From positions 202,131-266,130 of the forward strand of contig CALKEU010000001.1 in assembly GCA_938084565.1 (NCBI GenBank): 64,000 bases of DNA. The letters run 5' to 3'. The stretch comes from Candidatus Kapaibacterium sp. GTDB taxonomy: Bacteria; Bacteroidota; Ignavibacteria; Kapaibacteriales; HRBIN21. The position numbers and the translations under genes are program-made. The stretch's first letter is position 1. Each line of letters starts with the position of its first letter. Positions 9,310-18,113 of the stretch are shown piece by piece. The notes below the pieces were generated by a model. It was not told the origin of the DNA and ran no database searches. It was given only the letters and a program-made list of their open reading frames with translations.

Positions 9310-11456
9310 GATGGAGCCAGCACTGCTTCAACGTCCACCCACCTACCGGTGCGAAGGGCCTCCTGGAGGGCAAAGGTAGCAGCCGTCACTGCCCGGAGCT
9401 GCTCATAGGGAATCGGAGCCGGAGCCCCCGCCCGCAACGCCTCTACGAAGGCACGCATCTCCTCCCGATGCCCCTTTGTCCCATCGTAGCGGCGTACCGA
9501 CCGACGGCGCCCCACCAGGAACTCCACGCGCCGGAAATCCTCCATCCGTGCAACCCGACCACCGGCAAACACTTCGCAGAACTCCTTGCCCAACCCTAAA
9601 GCACCCTGCGTCAGATACAGCAGTGTGCCCACCGAGCCATCGCGGAATCGGAGTAGCGCACTGATGCACTCTCCCGCCTCCGCCCCCGGTAAGGAAACAG
9701 CTGTGGCCGAAACCGCAACAGGAAGGGAATCCGTCAGGAACACCATACAGTCGATAAAGTGGCATGCCTCACCCACGATGCGCCCACCTTGTCGCGGATC
9801 GAGCAGCCAATGCCCTGCTCCCAGAGGGCCAGCATTGACCCGGTAGAGAATGCTCATCGGGGCCGCAGTCTCCCGGACAAATGCCTTGATATCCTGAAGC
9901 GGACGGCTGAACCGACGGTTGAACCCCACCATGAGCATTCCACCATAGCGAACCAGCGCATGCTCGATGTCACGCAACTGCGCTGGCGTAATGGCAAGCG
10001 GCTTTTCGACAAAGATGGGCTTGCCCGCCTGGAGAGCTCGAACCACATAGTGAGCGTGTGTATCATGCCGCGTGGCACAGAGCACAACATCGACTTCAGG
10101 GGAATCCACAACCGCATCCCCATCGGTGGTAGCCCAGGCAAACCCATAGCGCTCAGCAACACTGCGGGCCGACACCGGCGTTGCGTTGGCTACGCCGACG
10201 AACGCCACCCCGAGCTCCTTCAGCGCAGGCAATAAGTGCGCTTGCGCAAAACTCCCAGCTCCAACTACTCCAAGACGGAGGACCCCCGATGCGTGCTGAG
10301 CTCTGCGCTTGCGCAGCTGTATTGTCTGACTCTCCGGCGCGGCGGTTGGGTACTCCAAGAGAATACCAATAGCACGCTCCCGTCCGCGCACAAGCAGTTC
10401 GTATGCCTCTGGTGCTCGATCGAGGGGAAACCGGTGGGTAGTCAGCGGCTCCGTCCGCACCGATCCTGCTGCCACCAGCTGCAGGAACGCCTCCATGTTC
10501 CGTTGCTCGGTCCACCGGACGTAAGCAATCGGGTAGTCATGCCCCTGCTCCTCGTAGCTTGGATCATAGCGTCCCGGCCCATACCCTGTTGCAATACGCA
10601 ATTCCAGCTCCTTCTCGTAGAAGGGCTGTCGCGGGATATTCATCCCTACAGCCCCTACGACCACAAGTCTGCCTCTCTTGCGCGCCATGCCAATGGCGTA
10701 CTCCAGCGGCTCATTAGAGGGGGTGCCGGCTGTGAGGATGACCGCATCGGCACCGATAGCCTGTGCCCAGGCCTGGAGTTCAGCAACCGCTTCCCACGTA
10801 TTGGGCACAACAAGTTCGCAGCCAAGCTGCTGTGCTAACGCAAATGTAGCTGGATCCCTGTCCATACCCGCCACCCGACACCCAGCCGCCCGTAGCAGCT
10901 GAACGGTCAATAACCCCAACAAACCTAACCCGATGACGACCACACGTTCCCCAATCCGCACATCCGCTTGGCGGACCCCGTTGAGCGCTATGGCCCCAAG
11001 CGTTGTATAGGCTGCCGCCTCCAGCGAAACCCCCTCTGGCACCCGAACAACGAGTCGACGCGGGACAGTGACGTACTCAGCGTGGACAGCATAGCCTGCC
11101 CCTGCGCAAGCAACCCGATCGCCTGGGGAAAACTCCGGCACACGGGATTCGACCACAACACCAGCTACGCTATAGCCCAGCGCCCGGTATGCTGCCAGTC
11201 GCGCCCGCACCTTCTCTACCGTGGCCGAAAGCCCTTCGCGCTGAATACTCTGCCAGACAAGTCGCACTAAATCTGGCCGCTCCAGAGCCTTCCGCACCAG
11301 CGATGCCCGCGCCGTTGCAACGCTCGTCCGCTCTGTCCCAGCACTGATGAGTGAAAAGGCCGTACGAACCTTCACCCCTTCGGGCAGACACTCGGGCGCG
11401 GGAACCTCTACGACGGCAATGTCACCCGTGCGCTGGTGTTGAACGACTTGGAGCAT
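9288..11456 (-). CDS. bi-domain oxidoreductase (Zn-ADH-like N-terminal domain fused to a Gfo/Idh/MocA NAD-binding domain)
   Basis: N-terminal MDR/ADH-like region (GDRVACAGAGYAVHAEYVTVP, VVVIGLGLLG). C-terminal Gfo/Idh/MocA Rossmann region (LRLGVVGAGSFAQAHLLPAL...GKPIFVEKPLAI). It is paired with the DegT aminotransferase, as in amino-sugar loci. Confidence 0.7.
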   Translation of the reverse strand: MLQVVQHQRTGDIAVVEVPAPECLPEGVKVRTAFSLISAGTERTSVATARASLVRKALERPDLVRLVWQSIQREGLSATVEKVRARLAAYRALGYSVAGVVVESRVPEFSPGDRVACAGAGYAVHAEYVTVPRRLVVRVPEGVSLEAAAYTTLGAIALNGVRQADVRIGERVVVIGLGLLGLLTVQLLRAAGCRVAGMDRDPATFALAQQLGCELVVPNTWEAVAELQAWAQAIGADAVILTAGTPSNEPLEYAIGMARKRGRLVVVGAVGMNIPRQPFYEKELELRIATGYGPGRYDPSYEEQGHDYPIAYVRWTEQRNMEAFLQLVAAGSVRTEPLTTHRFPLDRAPEAYELLVRGRERAIGILLEYPTAAPESQTIQLRKRRAQHASGVLRLGVVGAGSFAQAHLLPALKELGVAFVGVANATPVSARSVAERYGFAWATTDGDAVVDSPEVDVVLCATRHDTHAHYVVRALQAGKPIFVEKPLAITPAQLRDIEHALVRYGGMLMVGFNRRFSRPLQDIKAFVRETAAPMSILYRVNAGPLGAGHWLLDPRQGGRIVGEACHFIDCMVFLTDSLPVAVSATAVSLPGAEAGECISALLRFRDGSVGTLLYLTQGALGLGKEFCEVFAGGRVARMEDFRRVEFLVGRRRSVRRYDGTKGHREEMRAFVEALRAGAPAPIPYEQLRAVTAATFALQEALRTGRWVDVEAVLAPSWNEQSS

Positions 11457-11467
11457 ACCGCGCCAGT

Positions 11468-11860
11468 TCAGGAACTATAGCGCAGCTTCTGCCGAATGCG
11501 CTTCTCGGACATCTGCCGAATGAAGTAAATCCGTGCCCGACGCACACGGCCTCGCCGCAATACGCGGATGCTCTCCACCACCGGAGAGAAGAGCGGAAAG
11601 ATGCGCTCTACTCCAACTCCATGCGAAATCTTCCGCACACATACCGTTGTGCTCGGCCCTTGTCCCCGCCGATACACCACGATGCCCTGAAAGCGCTGGC
11701 TACGCTCCTTATCACCTTCGACCACTCGGAAAGAGACCTCCACGAAGTCCCCAGGCCCGAAGTCCTCGATCTGTGCGCTTTCTCCAGCGCTGCTACGACG
11801 CAGCTCCTCCCCTTCGGCTTTGAGCATTTCCTCTACCACTGCCAGCTTTGGCGACGCCAT
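11468..11860 (-). CDS. rplS: 50S ribosomal protein L19
   Basis: [32 protein letters not shown] matches the L19 core. Confidence 0.9.
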   Translation of the reverse strand: MASPKLAVVEEMLKAEGEELRRSSAGESAQIEDFGPGDFVEVSFRVVEGDKERSQRFQGIVVYRRGQGPSTTVCVRKISHGVGVERIFPLFSPVVESIRVLRRGRVRRARIYFIRQMSEKRIRQKLRYSS

Positions 11861-11898
11861 TGCCCGGCTCCTTAGCTGAGCTTACCTCAGAAAGCGTG

Positions 11899-11906
11899 CA
11901 AAATTA
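11899..11906 (-). promoter_or_regulatory. Bacteroidetes-type -7 promoter element TAATTTTG upstream of rplS
   Basis: Minus-strand TAATTTTG (plus caaaatta) about 39 nt upstream of the rplS ATG. The same GTAATTTTGCA block recurs before three other genes and a tRNA in this window. Confidence 0.45.
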
Positions 11907-11927
11907 CGCATTTGCCTCAGCGCAGCT

Positions 11928-13145
11928 TCACCGATAGAGTAGATAACGCTGCCGCTTCATGCGGAACTCCCGTACCCCCCATTGCCCCCTCTGGGAGAGC
12001 CCCTCTCCGTGGCAGAGCGCCTGAGCAAAAGCACTGCCGCCCACAACTTTCTGCACCATATCCCACGCCTTCGGACTCAGGCGCTGGCATAGCTCGGGAT
12101 CGTAGCGCATAAGCGCTGCTGCAACAAGGGTAAAGGCTTCAAACAACCGCCCATCGTGGCGCGGCTCTGGCACGAAAAAGATCCCACGGCACTCCCGACG
12201 AGCATGCGGCCCACTCGACGGCACAAAACGCGTGGCTCCAACCCGTACCCCTAATTGGCGCAGCGTGTCTCGCAGCTGTTCCACCAGAGATTCAGCGGGC
12301 AGCTGCGGAGCACCGAGAAGTTGAAAGGGAGTCGGACCCCCAACACCGATGTTCCACAGCCCCATTTCACCAAAGATGCCCGTGATAATGGCGGCTCGGG
12401 CAGCTGTCGGAGTCGGTATGTTCGGCGAGGGAGGAAACCAGGGGAGTCCAGTCTCTTCCCATACCATCGTGCGACGCCACCCACGGAGAGGGACCACTGT
12501 GAGAGAACAGCGGCGGCCATCCTGACGGAGAGAGGGTAACCATCCCTCCTCATTGGCCATGAGGGCTAGCTCCCCAAGCGTGCATCCGTGCCGATATGGG
12601 ATTGGTAGCATCCCAACAAATGATCGCCACCCCGTGTCTACCACTGCCCCTTCCACGACCGTACCCCCTAGTGGGTTCGGGCGATCCAAAACATAGACGG
12701 GAACGCCCCGTTCGGCACAGGCAGCCATGACAGCCACAAGCGTACTCACGTACGTGTACGGCCGGATGCCGATATCCTGTAGCTCCACAACGACGGCATC
12801 CACCCCTTGGAAGAGCTCTTCTGTGGGATATCGACGTGGGCCGTACAGCGACAAAACTGGTATCCCGGCAATAGAATCATCCGGAACCGGCGTGCCTGCA
12901 GGTAGCGCCGCCCAAAAGCCATGCTCTGGCGCCCAAATAGCCACAATGCGGAAGTGTTCTCTGAGCAGCTCCACACTGAGACGCCCGTCCGGCAGGCGTG
13001 CTGCAGCATGGGTTACGATGGCCAGGCGCCTGCCCCTGAGGGAGTCACGGTAGAGCTCCACGAACCGCTCCACCCCGAGCTGCACGTCTGCGCCATAGCT
13101 GAGCCCCCCAACGACAGGTCCCAGGAATATCGCCCACCACATCAT
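11928..13145 (-). CDS. DUF1343 family protein (NamZ-like exo-beta-N-acetylmuramidase candidate)
   Basis: Signal peptide, then VVELQDIGIRPYTYVSTL and RPNPLGG segments resembling the DUF1343 family. Confidence 0.55.
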   Translation of the reverse strand: MMWWAIFLGPVVGGLSYGADVQLGVERFVELYRDSLRGRRLAIVTHAAARLPDGRLSVELLREHFRIVAIWAPEHGFWAALPAGTPVPDDSIAGIPVLSLYGPRRYPTEELFQGVDAVVVELQDIGIRPYTYVSTLVAVMAACAERGVPVYVLDRPNPLGGTVVEGAVVDTGWRSFVGMLPIPYRHGCTLGELALMANEEGWLPSLRQDGRRCSLTVVPLRGWRRTMVWEETGLPWFPPSPNIPTPTAARAAIITGIFGEMGLWNIGVGGPTPFQLLGAPQLPAESLVEQLRDTLRQLGVRVGATRFVPSSGPHARRECRGIFFVPEPRHDGRLFEAFTLVAAALMRYDPELCQRLSPKAWDMVQKVVGGSAFAQALCHGEGLSQRGQWGVREFRMKRQRYLLYR

Positions 13146-14017
13146 TGGGCCCGAGGATGGAAAGTGCGATGGACCTCCTGCAAGTAGAGCCGATCCACAT
13201 GCACATAGATTTGCGTGGTTGAAATGTTCGCATGCCCAAGCATCTCCTGCACTGCTCGCAGATCTGCTCCACCTTCGAGCAAATGCGTAGCGAAGCTATG
13301 GCGGAGTGTATGCGGATGGATAGCTCGCTGAATCCTGGCTCGCTGAGCCGCCCATTGGATGAGCTTCCATATGGCCATGCGCGAGAGGCGCCCACCGCGA
13401 ACGTTCAGAAAGAGAATATCTGTCGGACGCCGCTGCAGCAGCGGACGCGCTTGGGAACGGTACCGTTCCACCCACTCCAGTGCTACCTTCCCAATGGGGA
13501 CCAAACGCTCCCGCCCTCCTTTCCCCCGCACGCGCACAAGCTCTTCGGTCGTCAAAAGATCGCTAAGCCGAAGGTTGCAGAGTTCGGAAACCCGTAACCC
13601 ACAGCTGTACAGCATCTCCAGTATTGCCCGGTCGCGCAGTCCTCGCGGTGTGCTCTCATCCGGCTGCTGGAGAAGGCGTTCCACCTCAGCTATGCTCAGC
13701 ACCTCCGGCAGCGGACGCCGACGGCGCGGCAGCACGAGGAGCTCGGTCGGATCGCTCTCCAGTTGCTCTTCAAAGGCCAAAAAGCGGTAGAAAGCCCGGA
13801 GGGCCGCTACATACTGAGCTCGGGAAGCCACACTTAACCCTCGCTCGGCGAGCTCTTCGAGGAACTCTTCAACCTGCCGCATTGTGGCTTTGGCAGGATG
13901 GGATATCCCGCACCGATGCAGGAATTCCCGAAAGCAGTGGAGGTGATGTGTGTAAGCTTGTACGGTGTTCTCGGCCAACCCATGCTCGAAACGTAAGTGG
14001 TTAGCAAACTCCCGCAT
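13142..14017 (-). CDS. xerD: tyrosine site-specific recombinase XerC/XerD family
   Basis: Catalytic region RHSFATHLLEGGADLRAVQEMLGHANISTTQIYVHV. The ORF track starts at 14071 and overlaps the upstream gene by 44 nt. A start at MREFANHLRFEHGLAENT (14017) fits the Xer N-terminus and removes the overlap. Confidence 0.75.
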   Translation of the reverse strand: MREFANHLRFEHGLAENTVQAYTHHLHCFREFLHRCGISHPAKATMRQVEEFLEELAERGLSVASRAQYVAALRAFYRFLAFEEQLESDPTELLVLPRRRRPLPEVLSIAEVERLLQQPDESTPRGLRDRAILEMLYSCGLRVSELCNLRLSDLLTTEELVRVRGKGGRERLVPIGKVALEWVERYRSQARPLLQRRPTDILFLNVRGGRLSRMAIWKLIQWAAQRARIQRAIHPHTLRHSFATHLLEGGADLRAVQEMLGHANISTTQIYVHVDRLYLQEVHRTFHPRAQ

Positions 14018-14027
14018 CCATTGCGGC

Positions 14028-16232
14028 TCATCCTGATGCCTCTGCGCCAGCCGAGATCGGGCCATAGGCAACTCGCCGATGTTGAATTCCTACCATACCT
14101 TCCAGCAGTGCTTCACGGACGCGGGACAGCTCACGGAAGGTGAGAGGACACTCCTCCAGCTGCCCGTCCAGAATGCGTTCCCGCACTACCTCATCCAACG
14201 CAGCTGCCAAACGCTCGGGTTCATCGGCTGGGATCACATGAGTCAGTGCCTCGGCCGCATCGGCTAGCATGAGGATGGCTGCTTCCTTTGTCTGTGGCTT
14301 TGGCCCCGGATAGCGGAAATCCTGCTCCTGGGGCAGCGCTTCCTGACGAGCCCGCGCCTGCTCAAGAGCTTTCTGCCAAAAGACCCGAATGAGCATCGTG
14401 CCGTGGTGCTGTGGGATGAAATCGATTATCTGCTGCGGCAGCCCATAAGCCCGTGCCAGTTCGATACCCTCGCTGACATGCTCCCGGATGATGGCAGCGC
14501 TCTTCTTGGGAGGGAGCCGATCATGCTTGTTATCGAGCCCAATCTGGTTCTCGGCGAAATACTCCGGCTTTGTCAGCTTCCCGATATCGTGAAAGTACGC
14601 ACCGACACGGACCAAAAGGGTTCGAGCCCCGATGGCTCGGGCAGCGTGTTCGGCCAGGCGCGCAACCGTGAGGGAGTGCTGATACGTACCAGGCGCCTTG
14701 CGCTGGAGCTCCTCCAGAAGCGGATGCTCGAGCGAACTATACTCGAGCAGGCGCATATCGGTGACGATGTTGAAGACGCGCTCCAGGAAGAGCAAGATAC
14801 CGAACGTGCATGCAGGCGACAGCGCTGCATTGAGACCCACAAAGCCGCACTGCAGGGCAACTTCTTCAACGCTATGCCCATGGGCAACCCCAAAGACCAG
14901 AACAGCCGTTCCCATCCCCAGCAATGTGAAGAAAAACGAACGGAACAGCTGTCGGCTGCTCTCAAGGTCGCGCACCGTGTACGCAGCCAACATCCCTCCG
15001 AGCATGAGCGCCAAAGCCGTCGGATAGTCGCCCTGCCGCACTCCTGCTACGAGCAGAGCTGCCGTAACCGTTGTATAGAAGGCGGTCCGGGAATCCAAGA
15101 GAATTGCCACCACCATCGAGAAAACGGGGAGCACAATCAGATACTGCAGCGGCAACCGTGACGCAACAGCCTGGGAAGCCCAGGCCAGCGCTGCTATGCT
15201 GACCAGCCCCAGCGCAAGCCCAGCCAGTTGGAGATTATCACGAAAGATGCGCGGGCGCAAAAACCCAAGGTAGACGAAGAGCACCGAGCAGACGAGCGCG
15301 GCATGTCCGAAGCTTCCCATCAGAGTGGAGAAAGACACTCGTGCCTCTCGGTGCAGCAAACCAACGTTGACGTACGAGCGCAGCTTTGCACGGGTTGTAT
15401 CCGTCAGCGGCTCTCCTGGGGCAACGATGAGCTCGCCTGCGCGAACAATGCCCCATGTCCGTGGGACCGCCTGACGAGCGGTCCGGCGGAGCATCTCCGT
15501 CAGCTCTGCTTCGTAGAAGAGAGTAGGGCGTATCAGCCGCCGGGCAAGTTCAAACGCTATTGGCTGCTGCTCCGGCGCAATCTGCTGCCGGATGAGCGTG
15601 GCCAGCATCAGAAGCGCTTCCGCTGAATCCATCACCGCCTCCAGAGGCAGTACCGTCTCTACAACCGGGCTCGGACGAAGAGCAATCCGACTGCTCGAAA
15701 GCCCATTCTTGGGGACATTGAGAATATCGCCTCGGCGTACGAGCTCGCTGAGCACCGTTTCGAGCCCCTGTCGCAGGCGCTTGAGCTCTTCCGTACGCCA
15801 TACCGGCGGGACCTCTGTCCACATCTCTGCTATCTCAGGCGACAGCGGCAGCATCCCCTGCTCCAGGCTATCGAGGAGGCTGGAGAGTCGCTGCTCGAGC
15901 TCCTGCCTCTGATACGGCCTCCGGGAAAAAATCGGGAGAATGCCTTCAGCCGCTTGCTGTTGTTCCCGCTCGTATACCTCCGCTGGCTTCTGCACAACGA
16001 ACGTGTACTCTGCCACAATCGGAGGCCCCTGCCAGCGCTCGCCTGGAGCTGCCTTCAGCAGCCTCTGTTGTTGTGGGAGTAACCCCTCCACCCACCCCGG
16101 GAAGAAGAGTCCACAGAGGAGCACCGTACCGCCGAGAATTACCACCTTGAGCGATGCAGAGTACCGAATGCCCTCCGCTTCAGCGCTAGAGCGCAGACGT
16201 TGCTGCAGCCGCTCAAATAGCGTCGGACTCAT
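14028..16232 (-). CDS. 7TM receptor with intracellular HD phosphohydrolase (7TMR-HD, PgpH-like)
   Basis: N-terminal extracellular region, then multiple TM helices, then a C-terminal HD domain (YFHDIGKLTKPEYF). Confidence 0.75.
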   Translation of the reverse strand: MSPTLFERLQQRLRSSAEAEGIRYSASLKVVILGGTVLLCGLFFPGWVEGLLPQQQRLLKAAPGERWQGPPIVAEYTFVVQKPAEVYEREQQQAAEGILPIFSRRPYQRQELEQRLSSLLDSLEQGMLPLSPEIAEMWTEVPPVWRTEELKRLRQGLETVLSELVRRGDILNVPKNGLSSSRIALRPSPVVETVLPLEAVMDSAEALLMLATLIRQQIAPEQQPIAFELARRLIRPTLFYEAELTEMLRRTARQAVPRTWGIVRAGELIVAPGEPLTDTTRAKLRSYVNVGLLHREARVSFSTLMGSFGHAALVCSVLFVYLGFLRPRIFRDNLQLAGLALGLVSIAALAWASQAVASRLPLQYLIVLPVFSMVVAILLDSRTAFYTTVTAALLVAGVRQGDYPTALALMLGGMLAAYTVRDLESSRQLFRSFFFTLLGMGTAVLVFGVAHGHSVEEVALQCGFVGLNAALSPACTFGILLFLERVFNIVTDMRLLEYSSLEHPLLEELQRKAPGTYQHSLTVARLAEHAARAIGARTLLVRVGAYFHDIGKLTKPEYFAENQIGLDNKHDRLPPKKSAAIIREHVSEGIELARAYGLPQQIIDFIPQHHGTMLIRVFWQKALEQARARQEALPQEQDFRYPGPKPQTKEAAILMLADAAEALTHVIPADEPERLAAALDEVVRERILDGQLEECPLTFRELSRVREALLEGMVGIQHRRVAYGPISAGAEASG

Positions 16233-17571
16233 GCCTCTCTCCTGGCTCTACTTCTAGGACGCAGCCTCCTCCGCCTTCGTGCACGGCCTCATACAGCGCC
16301 TCCCACAACGTCCGCACCAGAGGGCCATAGGAGGCTTCCGGAACAAAGCAGCGTACGTACTCCCCTCCAGCAAATCGCACAGACACTCCCTTCTCGAGCA
16401 GACGTGCACACAACCGCACAAATTCGCCTCTGTGCGATGGTGCGGCAGAGAGCAGTGTTACCATACCCCCTTCCTCTACCGGCTCCAGAGCTGGGATATC
16501 GGAATTGGTCAGCATCCAGACGTACTCCCCGTCCTCCCACCGGGCAAAGACCGTACTACCATCGACCGGCTGCAGGCGTAACTCAGGAGGTATCACCGCC
16601 GATGGGGCCTTCCGCAACCAGACCTTTTCCCGACCCACAATGAGCGGGGGCAGCTGTCCCGGAACACTCGAGATATCGGTCGCCCCTGCTGTTGGAGCAA
16701 AGGCCGAACGGATACGGAGCCGCACCCCCCATCGCTCCGCTACCTCCAGCATCCGGGGGTAGAGTAAACGCAGCCCTGCTCGCCCAATATGGGCAGCCTG
16801 TCCGTACGACAGCTGCGGTACTAGCGCCGCATGAGGGACAATTGCAGGATCACACACCCGAATGCCGGCAACATCGGTCCAGAGATGGACTTCCGGGGCT
16901 CCCACCAGCGCGGCCAGGAGTACAGCCGTCAGCGAGGAACTCTCCTGCCCCATGGTCGTGATATCCCCCCGCACAGACCGAGCAACAAAGCCCTGAGTGA
17001 GCACAATGCTGCCAGCACGAAGCAGGGGGCAGAGACGTTCTTCAACCCTCCGGGCTGTTTCCTCAATGAGCGGCTGTGCCATACCATGGCGCGTGTCTGT
17101 GCAGAGCACTTCAGTGGCTTCGATTACCGTGATCGGGAAACCCCACCGGCGCAGGAAAGCCACTACCAATGCCAGAGCCCAGCTCTCCCCAAAGGAGCGC
17201 ACAAGATCGAGCGTCCGTGGGGTCAATTCCCCTGTAATAGCGATCCCGTGCACGTACTCCTCCAATTGACACGCAGTGTGCGAAAGTAATTTGCCTATGG
17301 CTTGCTGCCCGTCCGTATCTAAAAGCTGCGCTGCATATTCCCGGTGGTACGCGACAACACGGGCAACAGCTTCGAGCGCCCCCTCCAGCTGCCCCGCCTG
17401 CGCCATGCGGGCAATCGACTCAAGCTGGCGTGTCACATGTCCCAGAGCCGACACGACTACTACCAACGGAGCCGCCGCAGTGTACTCCCGAAGGCGCTCA
17501 GCCAGAGCCGTAAAACCCTTCGGCGTACGCAGTACAGCTCCCCCACATTTGAGTACCAGCGGCGCTGCCAT
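16213..17571 (-). CDS. aspartokinase-like amino-acid-kinase family protein with a degenerate nucleotide-binding motif
   Basis: AAK fold signatures (PLVLKCGGAVL, VVVVSALGHVTRQL) and ACT-like C-terminal segments. The canonical GRGGSD loop is replaced by TMGQESSSLTA. The ORF-track start at 17598 is a TTG inside the promoter motif, so I use the ATG at 17569-17571. Confidence 0.55.
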   Translation of the reverse strand: MAAPLVLKCGGAVLRTPKGFTALAERLREYTAAAPLVVVVSALGHVTRQLESIARMAQAGQLEGALEAVARVVAYHREYAAQLLDTDGQQAIGKLLSHTACQLEEYVHGIAITGELTPRTLDLVRSFGESWALALVVAFLRRWGFPITVIEATEVLCTDTRHGMAQPLIEETARRVEERLCPLLRAGSIVLTQGFVARSVRGDITTMGQESSSLTAVLLAALVGAPEVHLWTDVAGIRVCDPAIVPHAALVPQLSYGQAAHIGRAGLRLLYPRMLEVAERWGVRLRIRSAFAPTAGATDISSVPGQLPPLIVGREKVWLRKAPSAVIPPELRLQPVDGSTVFARWEDGEYVWMLTNSDIPALEPVEEGGMVTLLSAAPSHRGEFVRLCARLLEKGVSVRFAGGEYVRCFVPEASYGPLVRTLWEALYEAVHEGGGGCVLEVEPGERHESDAI

Positions 17572-17596
17572 AGAACTCTCCCGCAGGGTCGCAAAC

Positions 17597-17604
17597 AAAA
17601 TTAG
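17597..17604 (-). promoter_or_regulatory. Bacteroidetes-type -7 promoter element TAATTTTG for the aspartokinase-like gene
   Basis: Minus-strand CGCTAATTTTGTTTGC about 26 nt upstream of the ATG at 17571, in the 68-nt divergent intergenic region. Confidence 0.4.
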
Positions 17605-17665
17605 CGCCCCATCCCCGTTGCACCTTCCCGGCTAAACCAAGCCGTGCCTTGAGGGCTCTAAGCGC

Positions 17666-18073
17666 ATGAAGTCAATGTCGCACCGCTTGCAGAGGGCTGT
17701 AGCTATGTCAGTCATCCGTGGAGCTGCTGTGGCCGCATTGGCCTTCGCTGTATGCTTACCGCTCCGTGCACAAGAGTCCACCCATACCCCTGCCCCTCCG
17801 GAGCAGCGCTGGGAGCGCTGGCTGAACCATCTGCAGAAACATCTGGAGCTCACATCTCAACAGCGTGACCGTATCCGCACTCTCCTTCGCGAACGCTGGG
17901 AACAGCAACAGCGTGAACGTCGGCTCTTCCGTGAGCGCCTTCAGGAAATCCTCTCCCCTGAGCAGTGGCAGAAGTGGCAGCAGTTACGCCAGGAACGCCG
18001 TAAGCGCTGGCAGCAGTACTGGAAAGAACGGGGACCCCGCAGCGAGCGTGAAACCCCATATTACGAGAAGTAG
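17666..18073 (+). CDS. Spy/CpxP-family periplasmic LTXXQ-motif protein
   Basis: Signal peptide (AVAALAFAVCLPLRAQ), an LTSQQRDRI (LTXXQ) motif, and a highly charged helical repeat region (RERWEQQQRERRL...). Confidence 0.6.
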   Translation: MKSMSHRLQRAVAMSVIRGAAVAALAFAVCLPLRAQESTHTPAPPEQRWERWLNHLQKHLELTSQQRDRIRTLLRERWEQQQRERRLFRERLQEILSPEQWQKWQQLRQERRKRWQQYWKERGPRSERETPYYEK

Positions 18074-18113
18074 GGATACTCGGCAGCTACTTTCGGAGGG
18101 GTCCGCTACGCAC

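Noticed and set aside
18074-18113. Possible terminator between the convergent Spy-like and M16 genes (CGGAGGGGTCCG)
   Set aside because: Only a 4-bp stem and no U-tract; too weak to annotate
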